Shown here piece by piece: positions 41,595 to 55,140 of a stretch of 64,000 nucleotides of DNA (the first letter of the stretch is position 1; every line of letters begins with the position of its first letter). A model generated the notes under the pieces. That model saw nothing but the letters and a program-made list of their open reading frames with translations, ran no database searches and was not told the DNA's origin. The stretch is from positions 124,001-188,000 of the forward strand of contig NIVC01000263.1 of the NCBI GenBank assembly GCA_002269645.1, given 5' to 3'. Position numbers and translations under genes: made by a program. The DNA comes from Macrostomum lignano (Eukaryota).

Positions 41595-42322
41595 ATGAAC
41601 GGCGCCACCCCATGATGAACGGCGCCACTCCATAATGAACGGCGCCACCCCATAATGAACGGCGCCACTCCATAATGAACGGCGCCACCCCCATAATGAA
41701 CGACGCCACCCCATAATGAACGGCGCCACTCCATAATGAACGGCGCCACTCCATAATGAACGGCGCCACTCCATAATGAACGGCGCCACTCCATAATGAA
41801 CGGCGCCACTCCATAATGAACGGCGCCACCCCATAATGAACGGCGTCACCCCATAATGAACGGCGCCACTCCATAATGAACGGCGCCACCCCATAATGAA
41901 CGGCGCCACTCCATAATGAACGGCGCCACCCCATAATGAACGGCGCCACTCCATAATGAACGGCGTCACCCCATAATGAACGGCGCCACTCCATAATGAA
42001 CGGCGCCACTCCATAATGGACAGCGCCACCCCCATAATGGACGGCGCCACCCCCATAATAAACGGCACCACCCCATAATGAACGGCGCCACTCCATAATG
42101 AACGGCGCCACCCCCATAATGGACAGCGCCACCCCCATAATGGACGGCGCCACCCCCATAATAAACGGCGCCACCCCATAATGAACGGCGCCACTCCATA
42201 ATGAACGGCGCCACCCCCATAATGAACGGCTCCACCCCCATAATGGACAGCGCCACCCCCATAATGGACAGCGCCACCCCCATAATGGACGGCGCCACCC
42301 CCATAATGAACGGCGCCACCCC
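41595..42322. repeat. 20/21-bp minisatellite (GAACGGCGCCACTCCATAAT)
   Basis: Seen directly in the sequence. Confidence 0.95.
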
Positions 42323-42540
42323 AGTAAGTATCAACGCCTTCACGTTAAAATTTGACTTTGACAAACTAAAACTAATTGAAAAAATATATAAGCAATTTCA
42401 CACAAAGGACTAGAACACTTAAGTGGAGAAGCAGTGAAAATGTAACGAGAAATCATAAAACTTTCTTATCGTTTTTCAAGTTTTCAAAACATTTGAAGCC
42501 ACCCACATTGATGAAGCAGCCACTATTTACACCCGAGAAG

Positions 42541-43878
42541 TCAGCCGCAGGTCGCGTCCTTGTCGACCGTCGCGTAGCGACCTCGGCAGCCGAAAGCGAC
42601 GGCAAATTCCGGCAGTTTCGACACCAGCCGGGCCTGCGTGGACGACGCAGTGCCGGCGACTCCCGGCGCGACCTTGCGGCAGCCCAGCTGGGCGTTGGCC
42701 AGCAGGAAGGCCTGCCCGGCTGTCAGCGACTTCCCGCCGGGTGCGGCGCCAGCTTCAGCTGTCGGGTCGGTCAGCAGGCCGAACGCCGTTCGAATCGCCG
42801 CTAGTCGACTTCGACAATCATCGACGTGGCCGGTCTTGGCTGGAACTCGCCTGGCAGCCAAGTAGCCCAGTCTAGCAATCCGCTCTGCCGCCCCGCCCGC
42901 GCCCAGCAGCGGCAGGTGAAACTGAATCGGGAAGCTCAGCTCAAAGTCGTCCAATAATTCGCTGTCGTCAGGGACGCCAACGGTCGAGTCAGTTGAAGCT
43001 TCGAATGGTGGTCCTTGACCGACGCCGGCCCAGCCGATTTGGGCGGCCATCAGGAATGCCGACTGGCGAGAGAACCTACTGGCGTCCAGCAGCGCGGCCA
43101 GGAAGGCGCCTCCAGCCTGACCGCCGCCGCCGCCGCCGCCTTCGAAGTCGCCCAGAATCCTCAGCTGGCCGTAGGCGTTGATGAAGTGCAGCTCCTGGCC
43201 GAGGTAGGCGGGCCAGACAGACTCCAGGTCGGGCGATGCCATGAATGTCGAATTTCTGGCGATTCGCTCGGCCAGGTGGTGCCAGATGGCGGCAGCCAGC
43301 GGTCCCCGGCCTCGGAGGCCTGGACTGTCTGCGAATGTCTTGGCAACCAGCTGAGGCAGCACCTGATAGGCGGTTGCTAGGCAACGCTTAACAACTCCGA
43401 TAGGTCTGCTTGGTTTTGCTGTCGATTTCCGCCTTGATGACAGCAGCACCATCGGTTGCTTAGCAACCAGGGTTTGAGCGGCGAAGAACCGGCGCAGCTG
43501 CGGATTGAACGGGGCCAGCTTGACCAGCGAGTTCACGAAGCCGTACGCCATCAGCACGTCGGAGTCAAGCCGGGCAGTCAGGCGGAGCAGTCGGGCGAGA
43601 GTCCTTCGGCGACTGACCAGAAGTCCGCTGTACCGACCTTCGGGCCAGGCCGCATCCGCTGGGAGCAGCTCGTTGCGGAATCTTTCCCATCGGTTTCCGC
43701 TGGAGCTTTCGACGTCGGCGAAGAGGTTGCGGGCTTCTTCAAAGCTGATGACTTCCGGCTGCTGCTGCTGCTGGTCGTCGGTGGAGTCTCGCAGAAGGCG
43801 GCTGGCGTTGCCATGGAAATAGGCCATCTGCGGGGCCAGGTTCGACTCTGGTTTGACTTCAAATATGCAGTCATGACT
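42541..43878 (-). CDS. Neprilysin/ECE (M13)-like non-peptidase homolog, exon 2
   Basis: Acceptor GTTCAG|AGT, phase 0. C-terminal M13 signature QAFLLANAQLGC and SKLPEFAVAFGC...ATC*. No HExxH, NAFY or ENIAD. Confidence 0.8.
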   Translation of the reverse strand, partial: SHDCIFEVKPESNLAPQMAYFHGNASRLLRDSTDDQQQQQPEVISFEEARNLFADVESSSGNRWERFRNELLPADAAWPEGRYSGLLVSRRRTLARLLRLTARLDSDVLMAYGFVNSLVKLAPFNPQLRRFFAAQTLVAKQPMVLLSSRRKSTAKPSRPIGVVKRCLATAYQVLPQLVAKTFADSPGLRGRGPLAAAIWHHLAERIARNSTFMASPDLESVWPAYLGQELHFINAYGQLRILGDFEGGGGGGGQAGGAFLAALLDASRFSRQSAFLMAAQIGWAGVGQGPPFEASTDSTVGVPDDSELLDDFELSFPIQFHLPLLGAGGAAERIARLGYLAARRVPAKTGHVDDCRSRLAAIRTAFGLLTDPTAEAGAAPGGKSLTAGQAFLLANAQLGCRKVAPGVAGTASSTQARLVSKLPEFAVAFGCRGRYATVDKDATCG

Positions 43879-43904
43879 CTGAACATGCCTTATCGACAAT
43901 CCAT

Positions 43905-44280
43905 CAAGCTATGACTATCAAAGCTATGACCATCAAAGCTATGACCATCAAGCAAGCTATGACCATCAAGCTATGACCACCAAAGCTATGACCATCAAGC
44001 TATGACTATCAGCTATGACCATCAAATCTATGGCCATCAAGCCATGACCATCAAGCCATGACCATCAAAGCTATGACCATCAAAGCTATGACCATCAAGC
44101 TATGACCATCAAAGCTATGACCATGAAATCTATGACCATCAAGCTATGTCTATCAGGCTATGACCATTAAGCTATGACCACCAGGCTATGACCACCAGGC
44201 TATGACCATTAAGCTATGACCACCACTATGACCATAAAGTTATGACCATCCCTATGACAGTACATGAGCTCTATGACTCA
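43905..44280. repeat. ~15-bp minisatellite (CTATGACCATCAAAG), neprilysin-like intron
   Basis: Fills the single intron. Confidence 0.92.
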
Positions 44281-44328
44281 AACCGCAGACATGACCAATG
44301 GCTCACAATGGCCAGCAGCCTCTCTCAC

Positions 44329-45384
44329 CTGAGTGGCAATCAGGTGCGGTATGCCCTTGTCAATCAGGCTGAACGCGGACTTCACCAGCTGCACCAGGCT
44401 GTCCACATCAATATCCGGCGAGATCAGCGGAGCCGCCGGCCGCAGAATCCACGGCAGCGGGCCGCCGCCCTGCTGGTCACCGACGGAGCCTCGCCAGGTC
44501 GACGTTGAGTTCGGCAGGCCGACCTCGATGGCAACAGGCACGCCGTGCGCCGCCAGCTGCGCCAGAGCCTGCTCGTAGGTGAACCTGTCGTTCCAGGTGA
44601 AGGAGCTCTGGCTGAAGAAGCTGATCGGGGCGAACCGGCCACCGGCCGGCCGGCCGAACTCGCGCCTCAGCGACTCCAGCGGAAAGGCGGCCCCGGCGGC
44701 GGCGCAGGTTCGACTGAAATTCGACAGCGCCGTCAGCCAGGCGGGCTGGTCGGCATCGACGCCAAACAGCAGGCGCTCCTCCAGCAGCGCGGCCACGCGC
44801 CGGTTCCGATCTCCGGCCATCGAGCGGGCCGACTCGCCCCAGCCCAGGGTCGCCGAGTTCGAGTAGCCGCCGCAGGCGAACTGCTCGAAGCCGCCGCTGC
44901 CGCTGCCACTGCCGCAAGGATCGGCGCCGAAGTCGGCCAGGCGAGTCAGCTCGGAGCCGTCGGCTTCAACGTCGCAGGACTTCGACGCGGATGTCGAGGA
45001 CAGCAGGGCTGCCGCGGCGGCGTGACTCAGCGGCGACGACTGCGGAACTCCGGCCGGCGCGGCGGCGGCCTGCACGTAGAGAAATGCCATGACGCCGAAG
45101 CCGGCGACGAAGCAGCAGAGCAGGACGGCGAGAACGGCCGAGGCGGCCGGACAGGACCTTCGGCCATCGGTAGACTCGCCGCCGCTCTCCACTTGCAGTT
45201 TTCCGTTCCCATTTCCGACGCCGTTGCTATGGTTATTGTTCTTCCCAGAGCTGGTCGATGAGCCGGTGGGAGACGCCGCGGTGCGGCAATTCGAGAGCAG
45301 CTTCTCGGAGGCTTCAACGTCTTCGGCGTCAACTCGCTGCGGAGGTGACGAAGCGATGGAAGCAGTTGCATTGTCCTCGTTCAT
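44329..45384 (-). CDS. Neprilysin/ECE (M13)-like non-peptidase homolog, exon 1 (cytosolic tail, TM, start of ectodomain)
   Basis: ATG at 45384. TM AVLAVLLCCFVAGFGVMAFLYV and M13 N-terminal motif ADPC...FEQFACGGY. Donor CAG|GTGAGA. The spliced protein is about 797 aa. Confidence 0.82.
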
Positions 45385-46959
45385 TGCGAATGTGAAGGGG
45401 AGCTCAGGGTGTGGGCGGATTAAACTGGGCCTTCTGCGTCTTTCCTGTTCGCACCTCAGATTTAGCTGGTCTCTTTAGGTCCTTCTGTCTGTCTGCCTTC
45501 TCTCAGTCATTGGCTGCTTGACGGCTGTCCAATGGGAGCCTCCCGGGGCTGCAACCCGATCTGGGCGATTCGGCCGAAGCTCCTTGAGGCTGGCGGCTGT
45601 GGAAGGTGGGCGGACCTCCCGCCTTCCCCTTCGGTGCGGGGGGTCCCAGATCCCAGTTGAGGTCGGCGTCGGCCGCCTCCCACCTCGGCTCGGATTCCAC
45701 AGGCCAATCTGCCTGCAGTGCGAGCTGTCCATCTCTCGGACACGTTCCGCACACACGGGGCTGGGCGCACTGACGGTTGCGCAATCCAAATGGGGTTCAA
45801 CCCCCCCCCCCAACTCAGTCGGAAGTGACTTGGATTTATTCATTCTTGTTGTGCTGAGAAGTGATGACTACTTAGAAATGCTTTTAGCCAGTCATATTCG
45901 GTCAAGTCAAATTCGAACTTGCCAACGACGGCTTTTTTAGCCCCCGTCTGAAGACGACTCTGCCGTTGACAGCAGAGAGAGGCCGCACAGATCCGCTGTC
46001 TGAAATCCGATATCCCATGTCGTCTCATCTCTCAGAGGAGTGCTGGCTCGAGGGCAAAGAGGGGTTTCGGTGAAGACTCATTAGCATAGGAAGATCTTTA
46101 AAAGGGAAGAAACTCTCCAATTTCGAACAAAGACTTCTTTATATTAAAGGTGTAAGTCTTGGTTTCAATCTGTTTCGCCCGAAAATTTTTAGTCATTTTG
46201 TCACGCGATGGGATCTCAGTTTAGCGGTCGGTCGTGACAACAGGGAAACATGAGGAGCCGCTAATCAGCTGCCCCTAGCACTGGGGGAGCTGGTTCTGAG
46301 ACACACAGACTGAGAGAGGGGAGGTGGCAGTCCCCGTGTCATCTCACCTTCCCAGGTGTCCATATGGGAGCTGTTTGTGAGGTCACATGACCGCCAATTT
46401 CAGTTGTTCATTTCCTACTTTGCTGGTTGCCAAGGTGTTTTTTTTTAAATTAATAGAAAATTTCGTGACGAATTCAGTAAAAAATAGATTTCTAAAATCA
46501 ACAAAATTTGTCAGAAATTGCGTCATCGATGATAATTTGCTGATTAAAAAAAACTCTGACAGAACCGCCTCCATCAGTGAGGGGGTTCTGAGTGCTGCTG
46601 AATAGGTGGGGACAAAATTAGCGAGTGAATTTCGAATTTACGAGATCCATATTTTATCATACGGGTTTTTTCTGTTCTCAAGTACCTCCAACCAATCTGT
46701 TTGGGATTTTATCCCAGCCTTCTTTGGGATAACTTTTATGCCTAGTCCTGCCTAGTCCTGGGAAATTATTCTTTCACAATCAAATTGATAGGGGGATTAT
46801 TCTCCCCTCCCCCGACCTGAGGGGCGGATGCATGACAGGCCTGCCAGCATGCATTATAAAGTGGGAAGGTGCAGCACAACGCGTTGAGAATGGGGGATAA
46901 TTGAGGAATTTGAGGAGACATTGATGTTCTACGCTCTTAAGAGTAGGGGAGGAAAGTAG

Positions 46960-47310
46960 TGAGGAGGACGGGTACAGGGGAGAGTGAGTTATGGGGAATA
47001 GAAGAGGGGAGAGTGGGAGAGAGGGAGAGATAGAACAAGGGCGGGAGGGGAGGGGTAGAGGGAGGGAGGGACAGAGGGAGGGAGAGAGGAATGGAGAGAG
47101 GGAAAGAGGTAGAGAGGGTGAGAGGGAGAGAGGGAGAGGGGTAGAGAGAGGGAAGGAGGGAGAGGGAGAAAGGGAGAGAGGGAGAGAGGGAGAGGGAGAG
47201 AGAGAGAGAGGGAGAGGCAGAGGGGAATAGGGAGAGGGGAGAGAGGGAGAGGGAGAGAGGGAGAGAGGGATAGACAGAGGGGAGAGAGGGAGAGGCAGAG
47301 AGGGAGAGGT
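46960..47310. repeat. GA-rich low-complexity repeat
   Basis: Seen directly in the sequence. Confidence 0.9.
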
Positions 47311-48289
47311 GAATGAGATATGTTGAATCATGCAGAGGCTCATTCGCCTTCACACCAAAGCCAATAGCCTGCAGGTCACATTGCCAGCAGGACTCTGACC
47401 ATGCAGAAAGCTACCTACAAGCGGAGAAAACGAAGGCACTGACAGACTGAGTCAAGTATTTTTATACACGATTTTGCCAAATCAATTTTGTAAATTTATA
47501 ATCCGATGCAAGCGGTCAATCTCAATCCCGCATAACTGCACACCCGAATAATCCTGTCGCGCGCTCACTGATAATCATTCGAGTATCCGAAATTGCATTT
47601 CGATTTGGTGCGCAAAAGAATTCGTTTAGTCCAGTGAGTTGCGAAAAAAGCCAGTTACCACCCCCCTCCGCCTCCGGCTCCATTAGCTCGGGGACAACTG
47701 ATTACCGAAGTAGCGAGCAAATTTGCAACACGGAGGCCCCGCCCCGGGGGTTCTTCTATAGAAATCTGCCAACTAAGAGCCAAGCATGCGCGCCAGTTCA
47801 AGGGGCTTGACTTCGTTAGCCAGTGTGACGCAACCTTCTTGGCTATCATGTCTCCGTCAGTGCGACAGAGAGACTCGGTTTAGGTGTCTCAGCCTAACTG
47901 ATGCAATTATTTAGTGGAATATCCACGGTCCTCTCTCCCCTCCTCTGGGGTTGCCTCGAGCAATATCTCCCCTCCTTGCCTTCATTATTAGATCCCCAAA
48001 AAAGGGAATAATTCTGTTTGCAAGGCATCGGAATTAGACACATTCTCCCTTCTATCTGTCACAGCGGTTCATTGTTTACGCTGTCAAACAATTGACAGGT
48101 CAGGCGAGCTGTTTACAGGCAGGTGTCTTTTCTCTCCACGTTGGTTGGCAGTTGACACTGAGCAGAGCAGTTGACACCGATACCCTCTGCAACAGCGAAT
48201 CAACAAGCAGATTGAAGTTTAATATTAATAATTGCAGCAGAGCGGGAGCCTCCATGGCGCAACGCCTTCGACGAAACAGTCCCAAATCT

Positions 48290-49928
48290 ACCCTCTCCTG
48301 TCTACCCGCTTTTGTTTACCCTCTCTTGTCTATCATCTCTTGTCTATCATCTCTTGTCTACCCTCTCCTGTCTACCATCTCCTGTCTACCCTCTCTTGTC
48401 TACCCTCTCTTGTCTACTCTCTTGTCTACCCTCTTTTGTTTACCCTCTCTTGTCTATCATCTCTTGTCTACCATCTCTTGTCTATCATCTCTTGTCTACC
48501 ATCTCCTGTCTACCCTCTTTTGTCTACCATCTCCTGTCTACCATCTCCTGTCTACCCTCTCCTGTCTACCCTCTCCTGTCTACCATCTCTTGTCTATCAT
48601 CTCTTGTCTACCATCTCCTGTCTACCATCTCCTGTCTACCCTCTCTTGTCTACCCTCTTTTGTCTATCATCTCTTGTCTACCATCTCCTGTCTACCATCT
48701 CCTGTCTACCCTCTCTTGTCTACCATCTATTGTCTATCATCTCTTGTCTACCATCTCCTGTCTACCATCTCCTGTCTACCCTCTTTTGTTTACCCTCTCT
48801 TGTCTATCATCTCTTGTCTACCATCTCTTGTCTATCATCTCTTGTCTACCATCTCCTGTCTACCCTCTTTTGTCTACCATCTCCTGTCTACCATCTCCTG
48901 TCTACCCTCTCCTGTCTACCCTCTCCTGTCTACCATCTCTTGTCTATCATCTCTTGTCTACCATCTCCTGTCTACCATCTCCTGTCTACCCTCTCTTGTC
49001 TACCCTCTTTTGTCTATCATCTCTTGTCTACCATCTCCTGTCTACCATCTCCTGTCTACCCTCTCTTGTCTACCATCTCTTGTCTATCATCTCTTGTCTA
49101 CCATCTCCTGTCTACCATCTCCTGTCTACCCTCTTTTGTTTACCCTCTCTTGTCTATCATCTCTTGTCTATCATCTCTTGTCTACCATCTCCTGTCTACC
49201 ATCTACTGTCTACCCTCTCTTGTCTACCATCTCTTGTCTATCATCTCTTGTCTACCATCTCCTGTCTACCATCTCCTGTCTACCCTCTTTTGTCTACCCT
49301 CTCTTGTCTACCCTCTCTTGTCTACCATCTCTTGTCTATCATCTCCTGTCTACCATCTCCTGTCTACCCTCTCTTGTCTACCATCTCCTGTCTACCCTCT
49401 CCTGTCTACCATCTCCTGTCTACCCTCTCTTGTCTACCCTCTCTTGTCTACCCTCTTTTGTCTACCCTCTTTTGTTTACCCTCTCTTGTCTACCCTCTCC
49501 TGTCTACCCTCTCTTGTCTACCCCATCTCTTGTCTACCATCTCTTGTCTACCCTCTCCTGTCTACCCTCTCCTGTCTACCCTCTCTTGTCTATCATCTCT
49601 TGTCTACCATCTCCTGTCTACCATCTCCTGTCTACCCTCTCTTGTCTACCACCTCTTGTCTACCATCTCCTGTCTACCCTCTTATGTCTAATCTCTCTTG
49701 TCTACCCTCTCCTGTCTACCTTCTCTTGTCTACCATCTCTTGTCTACCATCTCCTGTCTACCCTCTCTTGTCTACCATCTCCTGTCTACCATCTCCTGTC
49801 TACCCTCTCCTGTCTACCATCTCCTGTCTACCATCTCCTGTCTACCCTCTCTTGTCTACCATCTCCTGTCTACCATCTCCTGTCTACCCTCTCCTGTCTA
49901 CCATCTCCTGTCTACCCTCTCCTGTCTA
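48290..49928. repeat. 14-bp minisatellite (CTCTCTTGTCTACC and variants)
   Basis: About 1.6 kb; source of spurious CLPS-repeat ORFs. Confidence 0.96.
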
Positions 49929-50677
49929 GATCTTAACTCATTCTCTCTTTTCCCACCCCCTCTCGCCATTGTCATACCTCTCCAAATGACTCAACTCAGA
50001 CCCACACCGGCCCAGACGTCGGTAACGAGTTGGAGCTCTGTCTCTATTCTCAGACAGCAGCAGTTCGCCGAACTCCTTTGATTAGTTTGATTATGAGCGA
50101 GCGCTCTGCCGCTCTCATCAGAGCACTTGGACTCACAAGTGGGCCTGTCGCTTCTGCAGGCTCCACGCTTCTCCATTGTTTCTGCTGTCCTCTGCTTCTG
50201 CTTTCTGCTTTCAGCTTGCCTTGCCTGCAGGTTGCGGCGGTTTTCAAAACCGGCAGAAGTTCGACTTCTCTCACCAGCGGCTTCTCATTAGGGATAAAAA
50301 CGAGACGATGAAGAGAGTGGGAACAGTAGCGAGTGAGCTGGAGCTTTGCCATCCATCCAGATGGGACCGTCGGAAATATTTGAAAACTTCTCAGTAGCCT
50401 CTTCTCAGCGGCTTCGGATCCTCGACCCCCTGCTGAGAAATCTGCCCGACCCCCCTTCTCTTGCAGCCGGCCGCCTCTTCCAGCTGTCAGTGCGAGGGGA
50501 TTCTGGATCAGTTTTTGACGGCTTCGAATGATGCGGCTTTGATGAAGTGGCCGAGGCTCGGCATTTGGGAATCTGAGGATGGGGAACTCTGCCGCGAAAT
50601 TGTTTTGATGAGGCTGGATAAAGTTTATTTTGGACTTTGCTGGCCGCTCACGAGCATCTGGGTGTATTTATAGATGC

Positions 50678-51166
<489 letters not shown>

Positions 51167-51924
51167 GCTAAGTGACTCAAATGCCAATCATTGCTATTTA
51201 CAGCAGGTTGGAGTTCATACAGGGGCATTGAGCACCCGATCTCCCAGTCTGGTGGTCTCCCAGACTCCCCTACCCATTCCACCATCAAACGGAGACCCAT
51301 TTTGATTCCGCCACCGATCGATACCGCTAAGCGGCAGGCAGGCCAACACAAACAAATGACTAAGCAGCGCTCCCAGCCACCGAAACCCTGCCTGATCCGT
51401 AGTAGAGACTCCTCCGCTACCTCAGGATCAATCGAAGTCCTTCTCGCATTATCGACCAATTCTGGATTCGAATGATGAAGAGGAAAATGTTTTTCTCTGC
51501 GGCTATAATTTTCCCGTCGCAAAGAGGAAGTTGAAGGGGATTTCCGTGCGGGAATCTGGGCATATCCCACCGCGGGAGCGGGTTATGGGAGGTCACCTTG
51601 GGGAACTCAGTTAATAGGGAAGTTGTACGGATTTTGTTGCTCCAGGGAGAGCATCATTCGAGCTTGAGGGATTTTATAATTGCGACTCACCTGCATTTGG
51701 CTGCTCCCATCGGCTCGAACCAGAGAACAGCTCGGGCTTTGGCGGGCAGAAGGCATGCATGAGTCAGCAGAAGGCGGCATTTCAGGACAGAGATGAGGTG
51801 TGGGAGTAGCAGGTTAATTGGGAGCGAGGATCAGCATCACCGAGCTATCATTACTGCTTGACAGGTTATGAACTCGTGTCTTCGCAAGATCGGGCAATGA
51901 GTTCTGTCTGTGTGCTGTCATAGA

Positions 51925-53370
51925 GGAATAGAATGGATTGCTAATCTAGCCAACATCATATAAAAAGGAATAGAATGGATTGCTAATCTAGCCAACATCA
52001 TATAAAAAGGAATAGAATGGATTGCTAATCTATCCAGCATCATATAAATGGAATATAATGGATTGCTAATCTATCCAGCATCATATAAAAGGAATAGAAT
52101 GGATTGCTAATCTATCCAGCATCATATAAAAAGGAATAGAATGGATTGCTAATCTATCCAGCATCATATAAATGGAATATAATGGATTGCTAATCTATCC
52201 AGCATCATATAAAAGGAGTAGAATGGATTGCTAATCTATCCAGCATCATAAAGAGGAATAGAATGGATTGCTAATCTATCCAGCATCATATAAAAAGGAA
52301 TAGATTGGATTGCTAATCTAGCCAACATCATATAAAAGAAATAGAATGGATTGCTAATCTATCCAGCATCATATAAATGGAATATAATGGATTGCTAATC
52401 TATCCAGCATCATATAAATGGAATAGAATGGATTGCTAATCTATCCAGGATCATATAAAAAGGAATAGATTGGATTGCTAATCTATCCAGCATCATATAA
52501 AAGGAGTAGAATGGATTGCTAATCTATCCAGCATCATAAAGAGGAATAGAATGGATTGCTAATCTATCCAGCATCATATAAAAGGAATAGAATGGATTGC
52601 TACTCTATCCAGCATCATATAAAGAGGAATAGAATGGATTGCTAATCTATCCAGCATCATATAAAAGGAATAGAATGGATTGCTAATCTATCCAGCATCA
52701 TATAAAAGGAATAGAATGGATTGTTAATCTATCCAGCATCATATAAAGAGGAATAGAATGGATTGCTAATCTATCCAGCATCATATAAAAGGAATAGAAT
52801 GGATTGCTACTCTATCCAGCATCATATAAAGAGGAATAGAATGGATTGCTAATCTATCCAGCATCATATAAATGGAATAGAATGGATTGCTAATCTATCC
52901 AGCATCATATAAAAGGAATAGAATGGATTGCTAATCTATCCAGCATCATATAAATGGAATAGAATGGATTGCTAATCTATCTAGCATCATATAAAAGGAA
53001 TAGAATGGATTGCTAATCTATCCAGGATCATATAAAAAGGAATAGATTGGATTGCTAATCTAGCCAACATCATATAAAAAGGAATAGAATGGATTGCTAA
53101 TCTATCCAGCATCATATAAAAGGAATAGAATGGATTGCTAATCTATCCAGCATCATATAAAAGAAATAGAATGGATTGCTAATCTATCCAGCATCATATA
53201 AAAAGGAATAGAATGGATTGCTAATCTATCCAGGATCATATAAAAAGGAATAGAATGGATTGCTAATCTATCCAGCATCATATAAAAAGGAATAGAATGG
53301 ATTGCTAATCTAGCCAACATCACGAATGAATGAATAGAATGGATTGCTAATCTATCCAGCATCATATAGA
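51925..53370. repeat. 41-42-bp minisatellite (GGAATAGAATGGATTGCTAATCTATCCAGCATCATATAAAA)
   Basis: Period 42 at 51925, 51967 and 52009. Confidence 0.96.
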
Positions 53371-54559
53371 AATGAATAGAATGGTTAGACATTTTCTGGC
53401 CCATGTTGCCGCGGGCAATAATGGAATGAAATTGCATATGGATGCAGCCAGCCACTTATCTTTCTATTCACAAATAGAATTGATTAATGCAAAATTTAAA
53501 GTAATAATATATAATTATCCCATTCTCATGCGGGTTTCTCAATATCACGAACAGCTTAGTCTAACAGAGGCCAAAAGACAGACAGGAGCGCAGAAGACTG
53601 TTCAAATGCTCAGTTGCGATTGAGTGACGCACTGGAGTGGCAAGAAGTGGCGAGTCTGAGTGAGAGTCATAAAATGCAGCTGGGGAACTACACAATAAAT
53701 TTATCCCATTGAGATCCCCAGACGTTGGGCTCAGAAACCTGGCCCTGAGATGTCCAGTGCTCAGTGCCCAGATTTGCCAAATGTTTGGCCGTGGCACACA
53801 CCAGCTGTTGAGCACCCGGCTTCTCAGCTCTACACAGGCAGGGGGGTCACGGAGGTCACCGCCTAGAATTCCCATTGCGGAGGACCCGCGGACTCTGGAG
53901 TCGCGGGGATATCATCGCCCAGGCTCCGGAGTCGAGTGGATTCCCGCTGCATCAGCCATTGCGGAGAGGCTGGGGATGAGGCGGGGGAAGGCAGACACTT
54001 CAGTAGGAAGCTCTTGACACCCCGTGCCCCTGACCCCCTAACACTATTTCTCCTTGGGGATGGAGGCCCAGCATCCTTAAGTGGCTTTTGACCCTTCTTT
54101 CTGGCTGAACTGCTGGAAAGAGAGAAGAACCAGTGCCAGCATCAGCCTCAACCCTTCATCAGCTCATCCTGCGGCATCTCATTTTGTACGGGTGGGGCCA
54201 TTGCAGCATCTCATCTGCTGCATCAATTTTCTTCTTTTTCAATCCCCTTAGTATCGATGATGATGATGCAACCAGGAGAGGGGCAGTCAGCCTCTTAGAG
54301 TGTCGCTTCATCAGGCTACTGACTGTGTGAAAATCAGTGTTGAGTCACATAAAAAACAACACCATTTGATATCTTTTGTGGAATTTTATGAAACAGAATT
54401 CCTTGCTTTTGGCAGACACTTCACGGGGAGAGCATTGAGTAATTAGCGAGAGGCCTTGTGAGGGCGGCTTTCGGCAGTCATTTTGCTGGTTTTATATAAC
54501 CTTTTTTATACTCATTTACTCGTAGCATTTGCGACCCTCTTTTTCCTCTAGTCATCTGC

Positions 54560-55140
54560 AGCCACCACGACTTCTTCAGTTGCCTCTACTTCTCAATCTC
54601 CTATCTACCACTCCGTCTCCTATCTACCACTCCGTCTCCTATCTACCACTCCGTCTCCTATCTACCTCTCAATCTCCTATCTACCTCTCAGTCTCCTATC
54701 TACCTCTTAGTCACCCGATCTCTTCCACTCTGTCTCGTATCTACCTCTCAGTCTCCAATCTACTTCTCAGTCTCCAATCTACTTCTCAGTCTCCTATATA
54801 CCTCTGTCTCACGATCTCTACCTCTCAATCTCCTATCTACCTCTCAGTCTCCAATCTACTTCTCAGTCTCCAATCTACTTCTCAGTCTCCTATATACCTC
54901 TGTCTCACGATCTCTACCTCTCAATCTCCTATCTACCTCTCAGTCTCCTATCTACCTCTCAGTCTCCTATCTACCTCTCAGTCTCCTATCTACCTCTCAG
55001 TCTCCTATCTACCTCTCAGTCTCCTTTCTACCTCTCAGTCTCCTATCTACCTCTCAGTCTCCTATCTACCTCTCAGTCTCCTATCTACCTCTTAGCCTCC
55101 TGATCTCTACTTCTCAATCTCCTGATCTCTAGCTCTCAGT
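54560..55140. repeat. ~20-bp minisatellite (CTCCTATCTACCTCTCAGT)
   Basis: Seen directly in the sequence. Confidence 0.9.

Noticed and set aside
20936-45261. Antisense or alternate-frame ORFs overlapping the ADAM, Roco and M13 exons
   Set aside because: Expected shadows of GC3-rich coding sequence; they carry no domains.
45475-45940. GC-rich ORFs upstream of the neprilysin-like ATG
   Set aside because: Several overlapping frames with no recognisable domain or consistent splice path. More likely promoter/UTR sequence or TE debris.
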